A stretch of 64,000 nucleotides of DNA from contig OZ240248.1 of assembly GCA_965198235.1 (NCBI GenBank), forward strand, positions 1,888,001-1,952,000, given 5' to 3'. A program made the position numbers and the translations under genes. The notes below the pieces were generated by a model. That model was not told the DNA's origin, did not search any database, and saw only the letters and a list, made by a program, of their open reading frames with translations. Of the stretch, positions 60,014 through 64,000 are shown one piece after another. This DNA comes from Candidatus Poribacteria bacterium (GTDB lineage: Bacteria > Poribacteria > WGA-4E > WGA-3G). Numbering within the stretch: position 1 is the stretch's first letter; each line of letters begins with the position of its first letter.

Positions 60014-60871
60014 CTACCGCAAGTATTCCTCCCCACGATGCTCCGCAATCCATGTCTTTAAAGGCACATCCGCATCTGTGGGTTGCCACCATCCCTTAAT
60101 GTCTACGCCATCACCCAGCAACTGCCGTCGAATCGGGTCGCATTTCTCAAGGATTTCAGGCGGCATGAGGTTGTAATCCAAACCACGCAACCAGCGGTAG
60201 CTATAGCCCATAAACAGAACCTTCCGAGTTTCATCAGAGAAATTCCAACCCCGTGAGTGCCACATCCGTCGATCGAAAAGGACTGCCGTGCCGCGTTTGA
60301 CGAGCAGATCTATCGCACCTTCCGGATCGCCATCAGGATCGTTGTCGCTGTTTGGCGGGCGGGTGTCGAGTTTATGGCTACACGGAACAATACGCATTGC
60401 CCCGTTGTCACGGGCGGTAACATCGCTCAACCAGTAGCTGACCTTCAATGAAAGTCGCGGGTGTGGACGTTCCATCTCCGGCACAGGTCTGCCCCCATCT
60501 TGATGCCAATGTGCGCCTTTACGAACCTGCGGCTTATCGGGAGGTTCGGGAGGATACATGATGAGGTGCGAGATGTAAAGTTGGATGTTCCAGCCGAGGA
60601 TGTCCCAGAGTAGCGGAAATACCTTCTTGTTATCAAGCAGTTCCAGCAAGACATCGTCTTCAATAACGGTGCGGAACTTTGATAACAATTCGTGAGGTGC
60701 CAAGCCCGTTTTGACGCGCTCCTCAGCATCAAGTCGATCTGCGACCTCCTCTAATGCATCTACCATCTCGGGACTTATAGCATCCTCAACAATAAGGTAA
60801 CCGGTATCGTTGAATGCTTTGAGTTGTTCGTCTGTGGCGCAGTATTCAAGCCAATTTGTATCCATTGTCAT
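60014..60871 (-). CDS. PhyH family dioxygenase
   Basis: F...GYLIVEDA, WHQD, NGAMRIVP.SH, G.AVLFDRR.WH. Confidence 0.88.
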   Translation of the reverse strand: MTMDTNWLEYCATDEQLKAFNDTGYLIVEDAISPEMVDALEEVADRLDAEERVKTGLAPHELLSKFRTVIEDDVLLELLDNKKVFPLLWDILGWNIQLYISHLIMYPPEPPDKPQVRKGAHWHQDGGRPVPEMERPHPRLSLKVSYWLSDVTARDNGAMRIVPCSHKLDTRPPNSDNDPDGDPEGAIDLLVKRGTAVLFDRRMWHSRGWNFSDETRKVLFMGYSYRWLRGLDYNLMPPEILEKCDPIRRQLLGDGVDIKGWWQPTDADVPLKTWIAEHRGEEYLR

Positions 60872-60883
60872 TTCCTCCAGATG

Positions 60884-61642
60884 CTAACGGTGGACTTGCG
60901 TTTTTATCCGTCCCCATGTCGTTGTAAGTTTTCCAGTGACCTCAACAGCGAACGGAATACCTTCCATATCCGCCTGAATCTGCTCTTCCGTGATTGCGAT
61001 GTTGAGAATTCGGAGTTCATCAAGCGTGCCATCGAGCCAGATGTTCTCATTCGCCTTCTTGCCGATCCAGACGGAGGCTTCGTTCTCGTTGATGTCTCCC
61101 TTTCGAGCGACTTCTCCGTCCAGTTCACCGTCCAGATATATGCGAATCTCTGAGCCATCGTAGACCATAGCGAGGTGATGCCATGTGTCCACCTTCATAG
61201 GTGTCGCGCCTTGTACGACAGCGGCGGCACCGGGTGCGGTATAGACAAATCCGCGAATTTTTCCGCCGGGTGTATCAAAGCCCCATCCGCTTTCAGGAAC
61301 AGACCCCTTTCTTGCAATCGGTGGATGTCCGCCCGGAAACGAAGCCGGTTTGAACCATGCCTCAATTGTTAACGCATCGCCTCCAGGAAAGAGACTCTCG
61401 TGGTGTGGTACTTCAATAAGACTACTCGCGCCATCGAAAACCAACGCACCACCGAGCTTCCCATCCTTTGTCCATTCAGCATCGGTGATTTCCCCATGAT
61501 TCTCAAACTCGGAGAGGTCTGTCGCTTCATCGGCTACCTCTTCATCGAAAAGGTATAGCAACACAGTGTTTTCTTCGAGTGCCGCGAAACAATCCACTGC
61601 AAGATAGAACAAGAGTCCAACAACTGTTAGAATTCGAACCAT
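60884..61642 (-). CDS. Secreted LamG domain protein
   Basis: Signal peptide, GK.GGAL.FDG, TIEAW, WHHLA.VYDG, G.LDELRI, C-terminal KLTTTWGRIK. Confidence 0.85.
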   Translation of the reverse strand: MVRILTVVGLLFYLAVDCFAALEENTVLLYLFDEEVADEATDLSEFENHGEITDAEWTKDGKLGGALVFDGASSLIEVPHHESLFPGGDALTIEAWFKPASFPGGHPPIARKGSVPESGWGFDTPGGKIRGFVYTAPGAAAVVQGATPMKVDTWHHLAMVYDGSEIRIYLDGELDGEVARKGDINENEASVWIGKKANENIWLDGTLDELRILNIAITEEQIQADMEGIPFAVEVTGKLTTTWGRIKTQVHR

Positions 61643-61763
61643 TTGGAATGCCTCCTTTAGTGATCAAGGGTGGTTGGGAAATAGTAGCGGCGCGATCATT
61701 AATTGCCTTACTAAAAACCGAGTGTCACCCGTAAATCAAATCGCGATGATACACCACCCTCAT

Positions 61764-62978
61764 TTAGTCTTCTACCCTTTCAATAATCTGTCCTGTTTCC
61801 CGATCCCTGAAGATACGTTTCATTCTACCATCAGGCATCCGTTCACTCTTGAGAGGGACATATCGCTCATCAGCGTCCGACTGACTTGTGGGAGGGGTTT
61901 GTAACCCCGATGCGGTTTCGGTTGTGCCTCGCCAATCCTGAATTTCAACGGTTTCCCACTGTTTCGATTTCGCGGATTTATAGCAGGCATCGATAATAGC
62001 GTTCACGACATAACCGTCATAGAAGGTTTCCAGCGGTTCACGTCCCTCGTCAATTGCGTTGAACATATCAAGGAACATGTCCCGATAACCCAGTTCCGCG
62101 ACCTCATCGCCAACGGGGAAGAGCCAACCGGTGTCGCTCTCTGCTTTTTCAGCAACATAGCCACCCTGCCCGACAGCCGTGAACATCTCATAACCTGTGC
62201 GGAGCCAGTGGTTGAGCCAGATAGTTCCTTCACTACCGGAAACCTCATCACGTAAATCCATGCCACCTCGGAATGCCCATCCGACCTCAAATTGCCCCAT
62301 TGCCCCGCTCTCAAATCGGATGAGTGCGATGCCGTGGTCCTCCGCATCAATGGGATGCACAAGCGTGTCTGCCCAGCACATCACCTCAAGCGGTTTATTG
62401 TTTTTCCCAACGAAATTTCGGATGATCTCAATGCAGTGGCATCCCATATCGACGATGGCACCGCCGCCTGCTTGTTCCAGATCCCAGAACCAGTCACTAT
62501 GGGGACCCGGATGTGTCTCGCGGGAGCGCACCCATAAAATCTTACCGAGTGCGCCGTTTTGGACGGACTCTAACGCTTTCAGGGTTTTTGGAGGGTAGAC
62601 CAAGTCTTCAAGGTAACCCCCAAACACACCTGCGTTTTCAACGATGTTCAACATCGCTTTTGCCTCTTCAGCGGTACGTCCAAGCGGTTTCGTACAGAGA
62701 ATGCCTTTGCCGGCTTCCGCAGCGAGTTCGACCGCCTTCAGGTGCAAGTTGTTGGGTAATCCGATGACAACAGTATCCGTTTCAGGATGGTTGATGGCTT
62801 CTGCTAAATCGGTTGTTGCGTGAGGGATGTTCCACTCTTCAGCGAACGCCGTTGCGCGTTCCTCGCGCCGAGAGTAGGCGATGTGAACGCGGTCTGCGCC
62901 GCGTTGATTGTGGAGCGTCATCGTGTAGAACATTCCGATGAGTCCGGTACCGAGCATCGTGACTTTATGACTTTTCAT
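61764..62978 (-). CDS. Gfo/Idh/MocA family oxidoreductase
   Basis: LGTGLIG, LPN.LH, CTKPLG, AGGGA..D.GCH. Confidence 0.88.
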   Translation of the reverse strand: MKSHKVTMLGTGLIGMFYTMTLHNQRGADRVHIAYSRREERATAFAEEWNIPHATTDLAEAINHPETDTVVIGLPNNLHLKAVELAAEAGKGILCTKPLGRTAEEAKAMLNIVENAGVFGGYLEDLVYPPKTLKALESVQNGALGKILWVRSRETHPGPHSDWFWDLEQAGGGAIVDMGCHCIEIIRNFVGKNNKPLEVMCWADTLVHPIDAEDHGIALIRFESGAMGQFEVGWAFRGGMDLRDEVSGSEGTIWLNHWLRTGYEMFTAVGQGGYVAEKAESDTGWLFPVGDEVAELGYRDMFLDMFNAIDEGREPLETFYDGYVVNAIIDACYKSAKSKQWETVEIQDWRGTTETASGLQTPPTSQSDADERYVPLKSERMPDGRMKRIFRDRETGQIIERVED

Positions 62979-63170
62979 TTTTTTAATTATACCTTGCGGA
63001 GAAACGACGATCGTTATGTCAATTACGTGCATTTCTCAAATCCGCCTGCGCCGTTGTTGCAGGCTACAATTTGGGTTTAATGTTCTATTCCTAACCAGAA
63101 ATCTGCGCGTGCTGGCGAGGTTTGCAACCTCGCCAGCAAAGGATAGGCGGTGGCAGCCGATAGCCATTAA

Positions 63171-64000
63171 CTATTTTGCTTTATATCCTGCGATGACACC
63201 CCAATCGTTAATTGTCCAACAGTTGTTCTGATCCGTTGCATGAACCCCCTTGAGGTTCGCGCTTCCGGGTATGTTCGATATCGTCCAGGTTTTACCGCCA
63301 TCGGTGGTGTGCAAAACGGAATTAAAACCGCCGACTGCCCAACCGACCATCGCATCAACGAAGGTAATATCGTGGAGATCGTCATAGGATTCGGTTTTTT
63401 GCTGATTCCAGGTTGCACCGCCATCGGTGGTATGCAGGATTAAGCCCTCCTGCCCGGAAATCCAGCCAGTGTTTTCATCGAGGAAATAGATACCGAACAA
63501 GTTGTTATCAAAGCCAGGATCACGTTTTTCCCACGTTTCGCCACCATCTGCGGTATGCAGGAGCGTCCCGAATGAACCGATAATCCAACCCGTTGTGGGG
63601 GAAACAAACCAGATTCCTTCAAGATTGTTTCGTGTCTCACCAACGCGTGCGCGCTCCGAGCTGCCTACCCAAGTTTCACCGCCATCGGTTGTTTTGAGAA
63701 TCGTATTCTCCGATCCGGCGATGAAACCAGTGGTTTCACTAATCATCTGGATACCCATCAAATTGGCACGCATTCCGCGTGGGTTGCCACCGCGTCCAGG
63801 GGTATCGCTCGTTGCCATTTTCCGTGCCCAGGTCTTGCCACCGTCTTCGGTTTTTAGGATAGTGGCTCTACCACCGATAATATACCCAACGTTTTCATCT
63901 ACAAAGTCGATATTGTAGAGAGGCGCGGGACCACCGCGACCAAAGCCTGGTGGGGGACCACCACCACCACCGGGAGGTCCGCCCGGTCTTTGTCCGGCAC
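63171..64000 (-). CDS. YCF48/BNR-repeat beta-propeller protein (5' end beyond window)
   Basis: Repeated ILxTxDGGxTW motifs; frame open to the window edge with a Gly/Pro-rich loop. Confidence 0.85.
   Translation of the reverse strand, partial: AGQRPGGPPGGGGGPPPGFGRGGPAPLYNIDFVDENVGYIIGGRATILKTEDGGKTWARKMATSDTPGRGGNPRGMRANLMGIQMISETTGFIAGSENTILKTTDGGETWVGSSERARVGETRNNLEGIWFVSPTTGWIIGSFGTLLHTADGGETWEKRDPGFDNNLFGIYFLDENTGWISGQEGLILHTTDGGATWNQQKTESYDDLHDITFVDAMVGWAVGGFNSVLHTTDGGKTWTISNIPGSANLKGVHATDQNNCWTINDWGVIAGYKAK

Noticed and set aside
59373-60106. DGR template/variable repeat pair
   Set aside because: Differences are not adenine-specific and are almost all synonymous; no reverse transcriptase in the window.

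Overview
Bacterial chromosomal window, most likely Candidatus Poribacteria. This is inferred from two secreted LamG proteins ending in KLTTTW(A/G)RIK, three PhyH-family dioxygenases, several Gfo/Idh/MocA and TPR proteins, and sialidase and rhamnose isomerase genes. Housekeeping genes: recG, smc, comF, an Sdh1-type succinate dehydrogenase operon, rho-rpmE-prfA-prmC and thiE. These are interleaved with a type ISP/IIG-like restriction-modification gene, six toxin-antitoxin loci (four with broken toxins), an IS200-type HUH transposase flanked by REP-like palindromes, a defective IS3 element, and many families of REP/MITE-like intergenic repeats. Most notable observations: (1) a C/A-rich, slippage-built micro-insert (core CCCAAGCAAAAAC) sitting inside three unrelated repeat families, each with an empty sister copy in the window; (2) a HigB toxin whose HigA-like partner has a long TPR array in place of its HTH; (3) two PIN toxins fused in frame to a putative antitoxin that has its own internal RBS; (4) a synonymous-diverged duplicate of a PhyH gene tail bracketing an inserted coiled-coil gene; (5) repeats embedded in frame in the RM and RecG proteins. 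No tRNA, rRNA or CRISPR array was recognised. All calls are by eye, without database searches.
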